A DNA stretch of 64,000 nucleotides, from positions 165,269 through 229,268 of the forward strand of contig JBAZKH010000003.1 in assembly GCA_041650935.1 (NCBI GenBank), read 5' to 3'. The DNA comes from Candidatus Omnitrophota bacterium (GTDB lineage Bacteria > Omnitrophota > Gorgyraeia > 2-01-FULL-45-10). The notes beneath the pieces were generated by a model. That model worked only from the letters and a program-made list of their open reading frames with translations. It did no database searches and was not told where the DNA came from. How positions within the stretch are numbered: the first letter of the stretch is position 1; every line of letters begins with the position of its first letter. This document shows positions 19,306 to 29,126 of this stretch, piece after piece. Made by a program: the position numbers and the translations under genes.

Positions 19306-19737
19306 TTACTTTTTGCGCTTGTGGGAGCCCGCTCTCTTCTTTCCAAATGGACGCTTACGCGCGCGGCCCTCTTTTGCAGCCGGATGGCTATGATGGGCGG
19401 TCATTACCGCAGGCCTATCATCATGCCTTGGCCCTGACGGTGCGCTGTTCTTGCGTTTTGAGAAGCAGTCTTTGCAATAGACCGGCCTGTCGCCGGTTGG
19501 CCTGAACGGCACTTCGCATTCTTTATTACAATCCGCGCAGATCGCTTTATAATATTGTTTCTGATGATGAAAAGGCTGCTGATGATGCTGCGGCTGTTGA
19601 TGAGGACGCATTACCTCCGCGGGCCTTGCCGCGGCTTTCTGGATAAGAACATCCACCTTCTTCTCCAAAACCACCAGCTGCAGATGCATCTTATCCAGTA
19701 ACCCTGCTATATCCGCTTCTGCTTTATCCTTCTTCAT
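19306..19737 (-). CDS. Small His/Gln-rich zinc-ribbon protein (CxxC-x17-CxxC)
   Basis: CADCNKECEVPFRPTGDRPVYCKDCF and a basic C-terminal tail. The start was trimmed to the internal MKKDK to avoid overlapping corA. Confidence 0.35.
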   Translation of the reverse strand: MKKDKAEADIAGLLDKMHLQLVVLEKKVDVLIQKAAARPAEVMRPHQQPQHHQQPFHHQKQYYKAICADCNKECEVPFRPTGDRPVYCKDCFSKRKNSAPSGPRHDDRPAVMTAHHSHPAAKEGRARKRPFGKKRAGSHKRKK

Positions 19738-19765
19738 TTTATATTCTCCGTCGCTTAATAATACA

Positions 19766-20740
19766 TTACAGCCATTTTCTGCGTCTGAAATACACAAGCA
19801 TTATGGTGGTCACGATCGCCATTATGGTAATCACCATGGGATAACCGAATTTACTTTCCAACTCCGGCATATGCTTAAAATTCATGCCATAGACACTGGC
19901 GATCAAAGTAAGAGGCATCATGATAGTGGTAATAACGGTAAGGGTCTTCATGATCTCATTAAGCCTGTTGGATACTATCGACACATACGCTTCCATAGCG
20001 CCCGCGATAACATCGCGGGAGGCTCCGACCGCGTCGTTTAAACGCGCAAGGTTATCCTGGATATTCCTGAAATAGATGATATTGCCCGGCGAAATGAACT
20101 GGAAATCCCCGCGCACGATAAGCGATATTACATCGGTCTGCGGGCCTATGGTCCGGCGCAGGTGTATGACCTCGTTCTTAAGATCATATATCTTGTGCAG
20201 CGTCCTCTGGTCAGGCTCTTTGAAAAGCGCGTCGCTCATCTCGTCGACCATGTTGTCGAACTCGGTGATGATCGGAAGGTAAGTATCGACGCAGGTATCG
20301 AGCACCGAATAGAGCAGCATGTCCGCCCCGTTTGTAATGGTAGGGGATTGTTTCTTTATACGCTCCTTGCACATCGCCACCGCCGTTATGGGCTGATCGT
20401 GGAAAGTTATAAGGAAATTCCGGCCGAGGCAGAAATCCAGCTCTTTCGTATTCACCCTGCTTGTCTTCTTGCCGTTACTCGATTCGAGCGCGAACATGAT
20501 AAGATATATGTATCCGCCGAAATTCTCGATCTTCGGCCTGGCATTCGGCATGATAAAATCTTCCGTAGTAAGAGGATGGATATTGAACGCCATCGTCAAA
20601 AGATCGATATCCACGTCATCTATCTCGGTCATGTCGACCCAGATTAAAGAACGTTCGTCTCTCAGCGCCTCCCGCATTTCATCGGGAGATACGTCGCATT
20701 TCAATCCCTGCTCGGGATGGTATAAGAACGATTCGTACAT
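19766..20740 (-). CDS. corA: CorA-family Mg2+/Co2+ transporter
   Basis: C-terminal two TM helices with a YGMNF (GMN) motif. About 320 aa, typical of CorA. Confidence 0.9.
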   Translation of the reverse strand: MYESFLYHPEQGLKCDVSPDEMREALRDERSLIWVDMTEIDDVDIDLLTMAFNIHPLTTEDFIMPNARPKIENFGGYIYLIMFALESSNGKKTSRVNTKELDFCLGRNFLITFHDQPITAVAMCKERIKKQSPTITNGADMLLYSVLDTCVDTYLPIITEFDNMVDEMSDALFKEPDQRTLHKIYDLKNEVIHLRRTIGPQTDVISLIVRGDFQFISPGNIIYFRNIQDNLARLNDAVGASRDVIAGAMEAYVSIVSNRLNEIMKTLTVITTIMMPLTLIASVYGMNFKHMPELESKFGYPMVITIMAIVTTIMLVYFRRRKWL

Positions 20741-20790
20741 TTTTAACCTCGACTCTGAATATTAGCCAATATTATACTTTATTCTTCAAA

Positions 20791-21024
20791 TTATTGGAAG
20801 CGACTTAATAGATTTTTGATGAGAGCGACTTTATCGCCCTGTATTTCGATCGCTCCGTCTTTTACGGTCCCTCCCACGCCGAGATCCGATTTGAGTTTGC
20901 GCGCGATATCCTCGAGCCTCTTTGCGCCGTATGTGTGAAGACCTGCGATAACCGTGACCGCCTTCCCCGCCCTCTTCTCCAGCCGGATCTTCGGGGCCGG
21001 CGACCGCGGATTATTTGTCAGCAT
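20791..21024 (-). CDS. yciH: SUI1/eIF1-family translation initiation factor (YciH-like)
   Basis: 77 aa. Contains RLEKRAGKAVTVIAGL...IEIQGDK, the SUI1 fold signature. Confidence 0.8.
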   Translation of the reverse strand: MLTNNPRSPAPKIRLEKRAGKAVTVIAGLHTYGAKRLEDIARKLKSDLGVGGTVKDGAIEIQGDKVALIKNLLSRFQ

Positions 21025-21034
21025 GGTTCGCCCC

Positions 21035-22417
21035 TCACTCTATAACGGTAATTCTCGTCAGATCGCGCATGGAAAAACTCCCGTCATGCGGAGTGCCGGG
21101 CGTGGGGATCGTCATACTGCCGAACGGGCAAAGCCGGGTAACGCCGCAGGCGGATAAGCCTGCGCCGTATTCGCCCGTCTCCTCACTGCCAAGACAGCAC
21201 CCTGCCGTCTGCAGGTAAAACGCGTAACCCTTGAACAGGTCCGAGAGCGTCCTTAGAGACGTGTAGCGTTTTACTCTTATGGTGCGGTTAAGCGGCGACG
21301 CCTCGAAATCTTTCGCCGAGCCTTTCTCTTCGAGGATTATAGTCCAGTCAAATGTCGCGGGGCCGATAACGGATACGGGGTCGCTCGTCATCAGGCCCTT
21401 CGCATCCGCAAGCTCCCGCGCCTTCAATATCTCCACATACTCGTCGTCCGAACGGCGGGACGGCGGAAATACGGTATTGGCCTTCTCAAGGCTCGCGGCA
21501 AGGGCGTCGACAAACTTCTTCAGTTCGCCCGCCGGAATGGACTCCTCCAGAAAAAGCGTTTGCGGGCAATTGCATGCCTTCTGGTCCCATATAGAGATAT
21601 CGAGAGCGATATTATCCGCAAGGGCCGGCAGTATGGCGGCGTCCAGCCCCGCGCGCGAGATTACGCCGAAACTTAACTTATGGCCGTGTTTTATGAGCGT
21701 TGCCGATTCGCCGAGATCCTTCTGCCAGTTCTTAAGCGCATCGACCCCTCCCCAGAAGACGATCCTGTCCATATGCTCTTTGAAATGCTTCTCTATCGCC
21801 GCGCCGCCGCCCGGCCACCACAAGACTGCAAGCCGCCCGGTTATAGCGCCCGCCTTATCGAACTGCCTGATACTTTCGGCGAATATCACCGGGAAAGCCA
21901 TGTCAGCCGTCGACATCTTCAGAAAATTCACATTCCTTGTTATGATACCGTCTATCAGGCTTTCGATGCCGGCTAAAAATACGTTACCCGAGGCCACATG
22001 CAGAACGAGGCCGGCCGGCTGTACTATATAATGTATATGGGGGTCTTTTTGCGCAACCGGACGGGCCTGGATACCGGCGCTGCCGAGTTCGCCCTCGATC
22101 TTATCCAGGAGATACCGCGGCGATATGATCTTGGCAAACTCCTCGAGCGCCAGGTCGGTAAATTCCGGGCTCAGGCCCGACTTTTTACAAAGACTGTCGA
22201 ATGCCTCGCGGCGCTTGGCATACCCCGGGTCCACCCACGCCTTTGCCAGGCCGGCGAAGACGGCAATTATCTCATCCTGGGATGGGGCCGCTACGCTCTC
22301 CCTGATCTGCCGGCCCCTAAGCACCAGCCCTTTTATTTCGTCCGGAGAGAGCGGCCGGTCCAGGGCCGCCGTCTGCCCAAAAACAAATTGTTTAAACTCG
22401 CCTTTTGCCGCAATCAT
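21035..22417 (-). CDS. LuxC-family long-chain acyl-CoA (acyl-protein) reductase
   Basis: Colinear with Vibrio LuxC blocks: HVASGNVFLAGIESLIDGIITRN (HLLAGNVPLSGI...), IVFWGGVDALKNW (VIVAWGGPDAINWA), KLSFGVI, WDQKACNCPQTLFLEE (YDQRACFSAQNIYY). Confidence 0.75.
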   Translation of the reverse strand: MIAAKGEFKQFVFGQTAALDRPLSPDEIKGLVLRGRQIRESVAAPSQDEIIAVFAGLAKAWVDPGYAKRREAFDSLCKKSGLSPEFTDLALEEFAKIISPRYLLDKIEGELGSAGIQARPVAQKDPHIHYIVQPAGLVLHVASGNVFLAGIESLIDGIITRNVNFLKMSTADMAFPVIFAESIRQFDKAGAITGRLAVLWWPGGGAAIEKHFKEHMDRIVFWGGVDALKNWQKDLGESATLIKHGHKLSFGVISRAGLDAAILPALADNIALDISIWDQKACNCPQTLFLEESIPAGELKKFVDALAASLEKANTVFPPSRRSDDEYVEILKARELADAKGLMTSDPVSVIGPATFDWTIILEEKGSAKDFEASPLNRTIRVKRYTSLRTLSDLFKGYAFYLQTAGCCLGSEETGEYGAGLSACGVTRLCPFGSMTIPTPGTPHDGSFSMRDLTRITVIE

Positions 22418-23622
22418 ATTTTTTCCATATCTTTTACATACTGGTCAGCCGTAAACGCGCAGGTGACCTTCTTGGCAACTCCGGCCCGGCCGATTATCTT
22501 TACGTACGGCCCGCCTATGGAGCAGGCGCAATCCTCTCCTATATATCCGTAATCCGTCGTCAAAAGCGACAGGGCCGGACAGCTTTCGACAAGAGGCGAA
22601 TACAGGTGTATAAGCCCTTTTTCGCCGTAACCCAGCCTCTTTAATGTGCGCGGCTCGCGCGAACAGGCCAGCGCGACATTCGGTATATGTTTATTGTGAT
22701 GAGCGCATTCGAGATAAAAGACGTCGTGCTCGATGAGGGTGTAAAGGTCCCGCATATTCTCCGTGGGAAGCGTTGTATTCTCCCGCAGGAACGCATACAG
22801 ATCGAAGTCATCCCCGTACGGATTGACGATATTCTTCCAGCCGCCTCCGCTCACGATGTAGCTGTCCTTCGGGAACTCTACCCTGCCGTATTTTTGCCGG
22901 TAACTTCTGATGACCTCACAGATGTGGTGGATAAAGCCCAGCATACGCACCGGGTAAGCCTCCTTTACGTACTGCCTCAATTTCTCGGCGGCGCGCTCTC
23001 TTAAGAATCCCACCTTGCCGCTTGCGTCCTTATCGAGACCGTAAAAGATCCCCCGGCGCGGAGTAAGATGTGACATTATGATGTCCGAAGTCGTTGTACC
23101 GAGCGTTTCGTCGAGGGATGGGTTATACGCCATCAGCAGATAATTCGCCGGCGTCGAGCTCACAAGGCCCAGCGCCCTATGTACCTGATAAAGGGAGAAC
23201 ATGAGCCGCTGGGCGGAAATCCTGTCGAGCCATATCTTCGACTTTCGCCCCGATGTGCCGCTGGACGACATCTCGCCCTTCCACATATCGTCGGTCCTGG
23301 TTTCGATCGCATACATCTTGAATACGTCGCTTAATACGAAAGGAATATCCCAGATATCCTCAAACGAATCGATACGGCGTTCGCCGAAACCTTTTTTTTG
23401 GCAGAGTTTTTTATAGAAGGCGGAATTCGAGCGATGATGGTTAAAACTCCAGCGCATGGCGTCCAGGAATTTCGGCCGCCACTCGGCAGAGTAATCGAAG
23501 GGGCGGTCGGTCAGGAGATTATCGATAACATTTTTCCGCGGACATCTGACTGTCCGGAAAAATTCGCGTATCAGGTGCTCCCGCACTATTTTTTTTATCG
23601 GCTCGATGGTCTTCGCCAGCAT
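22414..23622 (-). CDS. LuxE-family acyl-protein synthetase (long-chain fatty acid-AMP ligase component)
   Basis: About 400 aa adenylate-forming enzyme. Has LuxE-like N-terminal blocks (FNHHRSNSAFYKKLC) and overlaps the luxC-like gene by 4 nt. Confidence 0.65.
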   Translation of the reverse strand: MLAKTIEPIKKIVREHLIREFFRTVRCPRKNVIDNLLTDRPFDYSAEWRPKFLDAMRWSFNHHRSNSAFYKKLCQKKGFGERRIDSFEDIWDIPFVLSDVFKMYAIETRTDDMWKGEMSSSGTSGRKSKIWLDRISAQRLMFSLYQVHRALGLVSSTPANYLLMAYNPSLDETLGTTTSDIIMSHLTPRRGIFYGLDKDASGKVGFLRERAAEKLRQYVKEAYPVRMLGFIHHICEVIRSYRQKYGRVEFPKDSYIVSGGGWKNIVNPYGDDFDLYAFLRENTTLPTENMRDLYTLIEHDVFYLECAHHNKHIPNVALACSREPRTLKRLGYGEKGLIHLYSPLVESCPALSLLTTDYGYIGEDCACSIGGPYVKIIGRAGVAKKVTCAFTADQYVKDMEKI

Positions 23623-23657
23623 TTATATTGTGCCTTCCCGCCTCTTTATCCCCGTTA

Positions 23658-24071
23658 TTATTCGCCGTATATAGCGGCGATTATCGCGCCTTCCAATGGA
23701 GTTATGACCAGCCCCAGTATCGTCCAGTAAATAACTACGGTAGTAGCAACATTCATGAATTCATAGGTAGCAAACATACCCCGCAGTGTCCCTACGGCCC
23801 ATACGCATAATCCGAAGACAAGCCCTTTTACGAATTTATTCTTTCCGGGGATGCCTTTATTTATCAGGGCATAAACAAACGCGACTATTATAGCCAGCGC
23901 AAGACTGCCTATCATATACATAACGCCCGGGGGACCGTCCATCTGCTTCCACACATTTGTCGGTTCCAGTTTATAGACCCAGTTAAAAATACCTCCGCAC
24001 GTCACTGCGCCCACGGCCATATTGAATATGGTCGCCGCTATCCCTGCTATCAATATCTTCCCTATCTTCAT
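23658..24071 (-). CDS. Small four-TM membrane protein (DUF1761-like)
   Basis: Hydrophobicity only. Confidence 0.35.
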   Translation of the reverse strand: MKIGKILIAGIAATIFNMAVGAVTCGGIFNWVYKLEPTNVWKQMDGPPGVMYMIGSLALAIIVAFVYALINKGIPGKNKFVKGLVFGLCVWAVGTLRGMFATYEFMNVATTVVIYWTILGLVITPLEGAIIAAIYGE

Positions 24072-24107
24072 TGCTCTGCCTCCTTTTATTTAAATCTCCT
24101 ACCCGGC

Positions 24108-24653
24108 TTAAATTATCTTCTTCTCCGGCGCGTAGAAAATTCTACCGCCCAGGTGGTGAAGAACCCTCGGGCCTCTCTTTTCCGGAAGCCATCTGTCCGA
24201 AAATAAGGAGCTCTCGGCCTCCGCATATACAACATCCCCCAGGACGATATTGTACTTCTTAAGAAGCGCCTTCTCCTTACGAAGCTTACACTCAAGTACG
24301 CCTATGGCGGACCCAAGGCGCGGCGACTTGACTTTTTTTGCCCGTTCTCTCACCAGTCCGAATTTCGCGAATTTGTCCACTTTCTCACCCGAGACACCGC
24401 CCAGGCCGCGGACCGTTTCGGCCATATCGCTCGATGGGATATTGATGACGAAATCGCCCGTCTCAAGGATGGCCTTATATATGAAATGTTTCTCCCATAT
24501 CTCCAGCGCGACTATCGGAGGATCGTCCGATACAGGCATATTCCACGCTATCGGGGTAAGTCCCGGCCTCCCGCCCGATATCGAGCTGACGAGGACGACG
24601 GGTCCGGAACCTATGAGCCTGTACGCAATTTTAAGTGGAACAGATTTTTTCAT
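24108..24653 (-). CDS. Flavin reductase-like FMN-binding domain protein
   Basis: PVVLVSSISGGRPGLTPIAWNMPVS is typical of the flavin_reduct family split-barrel. Confidence 0.7.
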   Translation of the reverse strand: MKKSVPLKIAYRLIGSGPVVLVSSISGGRPGLTPIAWNMPVSDDPPIVALEIWEKHFIYKAILETGDFVINIPSSDMAETVRGLGGVSGEKVDKFAKFGLVRERAKKVKSPRLGSAIGVLECKLRKEKALLKKYNIVLGDVVYAEAESSLFSDRWLPEKRGPRVLHHLGGRIFYAPEKKII

Positions 24654-24664
24654 AACCGCCTCTC

Positions 24665-24697
24665 ACCTATAAAAACGCCGGGGATGGATGCCCCCGG
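24665..24697 (-). terminator. Rho-independent terminator after the ABC-2 exporter genes
   Basis: Minus-strand GCCGGGGGCAUCCAUCCCCGGC stem-loop, followed by GUUUUUAUAGG. Confidence 0.6.
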
Positions 24698-24818
24698 CTT
24701 AAGTTAAGATGTTTTGATCCATACTATATGTATAGCCCTGTATTGCATGGCTGTCATTATAGCATCTGGTTATATTAATAGGTGAGTAAAATTTTGATAC
24801 GTGGAACCGGGAGGGTAA

Positions 24819-25622
24819 TCAGCTCAGGGTTTCGGCGCTGTAGCGGGCTATAAGGCCGGTGCGAAGAGTGCCTTTATAGACCTTGACGAATATCCAGTAA
24901 GACAGGAGGATGTATCCGCAGGCTAAAATAGCGCTCCACATAAGCCCGGCAACAGATACTCCCCTGCCCGCGACTATGGCGCGCAGGGCTTCGAAGACGT
25001 AAGAAGGCGGTAATATCCGGGAGACGGCCTGCATCCACTGCGGAAGCGTCGAGATCGGATACAGGACTCCCACGAATGGCGAGAGCAGCGCGGGGATCGG
25101 CCAGATGAACCATTCCGATGCCGGCCCGAAGCGCAGGACGATCGCACAGCCTAAGATGCCGATCGATATGCCGAAGAGAAAAAGTATCAGGATAAACGGC
25201 ATGGCCGCGCCTCCGTAAACGACGAGCGATAATTTGAAGCAGGCGGAGGCGATTAAGAGCATAATGGAAAGGCCGATGATGCTCGTAAATATGCTCGAAA
25301 GGATAAGGCCTCCGACGTATTCGGAGACGGAGAGAGGGGTTGCGAAGATATTCAGGAAATTACGCGCCCAGACGTCTTCGAAGAATGCCATAGTAACGCC
25401 CTGCATAATGCGGATAAAGAAGTCCCAGAAGATGACCGCCCCGAGAAGCACCGGCACAAAATTAAATCCCGTCGGCGAGACCTGATTTAAATACTGCGTA
25501 AGGAATCCCCACAGTATCATATCGACGGCTATCCAGGCAAATATCGGGAAGAAGCGGGCGGCGCTGCCGCGGATGAGATAGGCCTGGCGGAGCATTATGG
25601 CGAATATGCGGTTAAACGACAT
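24819..25622 (-). CDS. ABC-2 type transporter permease
   Basis: Six TM helices with an ABC-2 family profile. Overlaps the ATPase gene. Confidence 0.8.
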   Translation of the reverse strand: MSFNRIFAIMLRQAYLIRGSAARFFPIFAWIAVDMILWGFLTQYLNQVSPTGFNFVPVLLGAVIFWDFFIRIMQGVTMAFFEDVWARNFLNIFATPLSVSEYVGGLILSSIFTSIIGLSIMLLIASACFKLSLVVYGGAAMPFILILFLFGISIGILGCAIVLRFGPASEWFIWPIPALLSPFVGVLYPISTLPQWMQAVSRILPPSYVFEALRAIVAGRGVSVAGLMWSAILACGYILLSYWIFVKVYKGTLRTGLIARYSAETLS

Positions 25623-25625
25623 AAG

Positions 25626-26375
25626 CTAGCCGGCCTCCAGCGTAAGCGGTTCGCGGGCTACCGTTATGAAGAGCTCTTCCAGCGTCTTCTTGCCGTGCTG
25701 GGCGGGCAGTTTCTTCGGATCGCCGCCCAGGAGTATCCTGCCGTGCGACAGGAAGAGGACGCGATCGCATACTTCTTCGACTTCGTACATATTGTGCGAT
25801 GTCCAGAGAACGCCGCCGCCGGCCTTCTTCATGGAATCGCGGATCGAGGGGCGGATATCGCGCGCAGTGGCAGGGTCGAGCGACGCCGTCGGTTCGTCAA
25901 GCAGCAGGAGACGCGGGTTATTCAGCATCGCCTTGGCAAGGCCGACGCGCGTCTGCTCGCCCGAAGAGAGAACGCCGCATTTCTTATCCCTGAAGCGCTC
26001 CAGGTCGAAGTGACAGAGGACCTCTCCGATGCGCCCGGGTATATCCTTGACGCCGTAGAGCAGGCCGAATACGCGAAGGTTCTGGTATACGGTCAAGTTG
26101 CCCGGCAGCGGCGCGTAGACTGCCGCAAAATTCGTACAGCCCATCGCCCGGGACCGCTCGGCCGAAAGGTCTATGCCTCCTATATGTATGCTTCCGGCGT
26201 CGGGAGCGAGTACGCTCAGGATCATATTGATAGTGGTGGTCTTGCCCGCGCCGTTAGGACCGAGCAGTCCCACTATCTCATCCGGCGCAACGTCGAAAGA
26301 TATATCATCTACGGCGAGAATGCCGCCGTATGACTTGCGCAAGCCGTTCACGGAGAGCATCTTATTTTTTTTCAT
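25626..26375 (-). CDS. ABC transporter ATP-binding protein
   Basis: Walker A GPNGAGKTTT, signature LSSGEQ and Walker B LLLLDEP. Confidence 0.9.
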   Translation of the reverse strand: MKKNKMLSVNGLRKSYGGILAVDDISFDVAPDEIVGLLGPNGAGKTTTINMILSVLAPDAGSIHIGGIDLSAERSRAMGCTNFAAVYAPLPGNLTVYQNLRVFGLLYGVKDIPGRIGEVLCHFDLERFRDKKCGVLSSGEQTRVGLAKAMLNNPRLLLLDEPTASLDPATARDIRPSIRDSMKKAGGGVLWTSHNMYEVEEVCDRVLFLSHGRILLGGDPKKLPAQHGKKTLEELFITVAREPLTLEAG

Positions 26376-26397
26376 ATACGGATAATTTAGGGTAGGA

Positions 26398-26790
26398 TCA
26401 GATCTTGCTGGCTTTCTGCCCTCTTTTTTCCAGGATGCTGGCGAATTTCAGCGTTATAACAGACAGGTCCAGCGGTTTTACGGCGTAGTCCGTGGCGCCG
26501 AGTCTCATAGCTTCTTCGGCGACTTCGTCAGATACCCATGCGGAAATTACGAGTATATCCACCTTCGGATTTAATTCTTTCGCTTCTCTTATTACATCGA
26601 TACCGCTCTTCTTCGGCATCTTGATATCGAGGAGCATCACATCGCAGGGATTCGACCTGACAAATTTGACGGCTTCCTCGCCATCCGTAGCCTCCCTGAA
26701 TTTACAGTCAAACCTTTCTTCCAGGAAGTCCATAATCATGTTGCGGGCATTGACTTCATCATCGACGATCAATACAACGGGCTTATTCAT
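26398..26790 (-). CDS. Single-domain response regulator (REC only)
   Basis: VLIVDDE ... LLDIKMP ... K, a CheY-like receiver. Confidence 0.85.
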   Translation of the reverse strand: MNKPVVLIVDDEVNARNMIMDFLEERFDCKFREATDGEEAVKFVRSNPCDVMLLDIKMPKKSGIDVIREAKELNPKVDILVISAWVSDEVAEEAMRLGATDYAVKPLDLSVITLKFASILEKRGQKASKI

Positions 26791-27163
26791 GATCTTCCTT
26801 TAGTAATTCCTGCACTTTCTTTGTGACAACTTCCTCGAGATAATCTATCCTGAACGGCTTAGTTATGTATTCGTCGGCTCCAAGCTTTTTAGCCTGTTCA
26901 ATAATCTCTTCTTCGTTGTGGACGGTAAGCATTATCACTTTTATAGATGCATCCGTGTCTTTAATATGCTTAAGGGTCTCGAGGCCGCTCATGCCTCGCA
27001 TAGTAATGTCGAGAAAGACTATGCCCGGCTTGTCCTTCTTTATAACCTCCAGGGCCTCTTCTCCACTGCTAACAGCCTTGGCGGAAAAGCCTCTATGCTC
27101 GAAGAAGCTTTTGAGCGCGTCGGTTATGCCCTTTTCGTCGTCGACTATGAGGAGTTTTATCAT
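26783..27163 (-). CDS. Single-domain response regulator (REC only)
   Basis: LLIVDDEK ... FLDITMRGMSG ... ITKP. Confidence 0.85.
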   Translation of the reverse strand: MIKLLIVDDEKGITDALKSFFEHRGFSAKAVSSGEEALEVIKKDKPGIVFLDITMRGMSGLETLKHIKDTDASIKVIMLTVHNEEEIIEQAKKLGADEYITKPFRIDYLEEVVTKKVQELLKEDHE

Positions 27164-27238
27164 ACGTATTTATTCTTTAAGAATAATGTTAATGTTTCTT
27201 ACGGGGGTCACTTTTCTTGATCACATTTTAACTCTTAT

Positions 27239-28108
27239 TCATTTCCCCTTCCTCACCAACCCATGCATAAGACATTCTTTTGCAACAAAATCCACAAGTT
27301 TCCTGTTCGATACCCTGAACCCTTCGTCGTCCATCGAATTTTGGTTGCAGAACCTGATCCCCTCTCTCTCAAGCTCGCGTAATTCAAATTCTGTCTTGGG
27401 TATAAGGCCGTGCAGTATTACCGCCTTAGGCTTATGGCTCGATTTCATCATTAGGCCGGCAAGCTCCTTTGTATCATCCATACTGAAGAGCGAGTCATAC
27501 ATTATAACTATATCGGGCTGGTAATCATAGAGAAGGTTTAAGCCTTCCTTATCGCCATAGACTACCTTTGTCTCGTATTCACCCTCGATGATACCTGATG
27601 CGGCAAAGAAGCCGCAGGTAAAGCCGTATACCATAGGATTGGGCTCTATAAATAACAACCTGGCCTTGGGCACCTTCTTTGACTCAACTTCTTCTTTCTC
27701 TTTTGAAGGATAGACTCTTGTATCGTTATGCGAAGCATCTATAACGTAGCGGATCCTGTCGATGAGTTTCGATAGGTCTATGGGTTTTGCGAAGAAGCCG
27801 TCTATGCCAAGCTTTTCGACTTCCTGCTTAACCTCACTATCATAAGCGGTCATTATGATAACTTTGGCCTTGGAGGCAGTTTTGCGGATATGTTTCAATA
27901 TCTGGATACCGTCAACGCCGGGCATCCTGACGTCCAGAAGTATGAGATCCAGGTTTTTGATAGAATCTATGACATTCAAAGCCTCTTTTCCGTCGAGCGC
28001 CGTGAGCATGTCGTAACCCAGAGCCGAAAAGAAGCCCTTTAAACTCATAGTTACTTCTTTTTCGTCATCGACTACCAGTATCACGCCTTTTTCATTATCG
28101 TCGTTCAT
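27239..28108 (-). CDS. Response regulator: N-terminal REC plus a C-terminal receiver-like (pseudo-receiver) domain
   Basis: N-terminal VILVVDDEKE...LLDVRMPGVDG...KP. The C-terminal 150 aa (LLFIEPNP...DIVIMYD...AVILHG) has a receiver-like beta-alpha pattern but lacks the acidic pocket. Confidence 0.7.
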   Translation of the reverse strand: MNDDNEKGVILVVDDEKEVTMSLKGFFSALGYDMLTALDGKEALNVIDSIKNLDLILLDVRMPGVDGIQILKHIRKTASKAKVIIMTAYDSEVKQEVEKLGIDGFFAKPIDLSKLIDRIRYVIDASHNDTRVYPSKEKEEVESKKVPKARLLFIEPNPMVYGFTCGFFAASGIIEGEYETKVVYGDKEGLNLLYDYQPDIVIMYDSLFSMDDTKELAGLMMKSSHKPKAVILHGLIPKTEFELRELEREGIRFCNQNSMDDEGFRVSNRKLVDFVAKECLMHGLVRKGK

Positions 28109-28264
28109 TAATTCCCCCGTCTCCTTTAGCGTAATCTTTCTTGATTTCTTTAAAAGTTTATTTATTATATGTTATTAGCTCTTAATAATAATTATAGACA
28201 CGCCTTAATAACATATGTAAAGCAGGTAAATTAAAGTATACCTCACTATTTAGGGAAAAACAAG

Positions 28265-28318
28265 CTAACCGGAATAAAAAATCCGGCATAAAAAATGCCA
28301 CGGTCAATCTGTGGCGGT
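28265..28318 (-). terminator. Tandem rho-independent terminators downstream of the 225 aa secreted-protein gene
   Basis: Minus strand: GCCACAGAUUGACCGUGGC + AUUUUUUAUG, then CCGGAUUUUUUAUUCCGG + UUAGCUUGUUUUU. Confidence 0.6.
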
Positions 28319-28347
28319 ATCTTCCCCGATATCCATAAGGCAAGGAA

Positions 28348-29025
28348 TTAGTCCTTGTTTTTTATGGCTTCTGTTTTCCCGAGTTTCTCTTCAATTTTTT
28401 GTTTTACCTTTATCGCCCTCGGCTTTATCTTTTCCGGCCGCGGGCTGCCGATAATTTCTTCGACAAATGACAGCGACTCAGGCGAAGCCAAATGGTACAG
28501 GGCATTTAAAAACGTCATCTTCATAGGGTAGCTCTGTCCGGGGTTTTTCCTGTACGCGCTATCTATCTTCCTGTACTGTTCGATTATCCAGGGCACGGCG
28601 CGCTTATCGCCCAATATCGCATATAGGACGGCTCTTCTTTCCGGTTGACTTATGGCACAGCCGGCCAGGTACTCATAAGCGCCCGGCCACCGGTAATAGG
28701 CCAATGTTTCCGCGGCGGCGCGCCTGTTTATCTCTAACCTGGATTTTAAGAATTTCGGGAGCACAGCCCACACCATTTTCCTGGACGCTTCATTCTCTTT
28801 GTCTATTTTACCTATTGCCGCAGGTGACGCGAAATATTCATAGCCCAGTACAAAATAGTTAGCCCTGCTGGAAAGACAAGAGATATCCTCGCTGCAATCT
28901 TTATCGATATCCGTAGCGGCGAGCTTCCCAAGATAAAGCTCCCGGGGCTCGGTGCATTCACCGGCAAAGGATGCCGACGTGATAAACAGAAGAAAAGATA
29001 CAAAAAATAGGCCGGCTGATTTCAT
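28348..29025 (-). CDS. Secreted alpha-helical (HEAT/TPR-like) protein of unknown function
   Basis: Signal peptide, with a Cys-containing N-terminal region. No recognisable catalytic motif. Confidence 0.4.
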   Translation of the reverse strand: MKSAGLFFVSFLLFITSASFAGECTEPRELYLGKLAATDIDKDCSEDISCLSSRANYFVLGYEYFASPAAIGKIDKENEASRKMVWAVLPKFLKSRLEINRRAAAETLAYYRWPGAYEYLAGCAISQPERRAVLYAILGDKRAVPWIIEQYRKIDSAYRKNPGQSYPMKMTFLNALYHLASPESLSFVEEIIGSPRPEKIKPRAIKVKQKIEEKLGKTEAIKNKD

Positions 29026-29126
29026 AAAAGCGGATAACCCTTGCCGTGAATTTCATAATATAAGGATATAGTGTTTAGTTTTGCATCAGGCATAAAGAAA
29101 GGCTCTTTCCTGTCAATAAACGCGAA

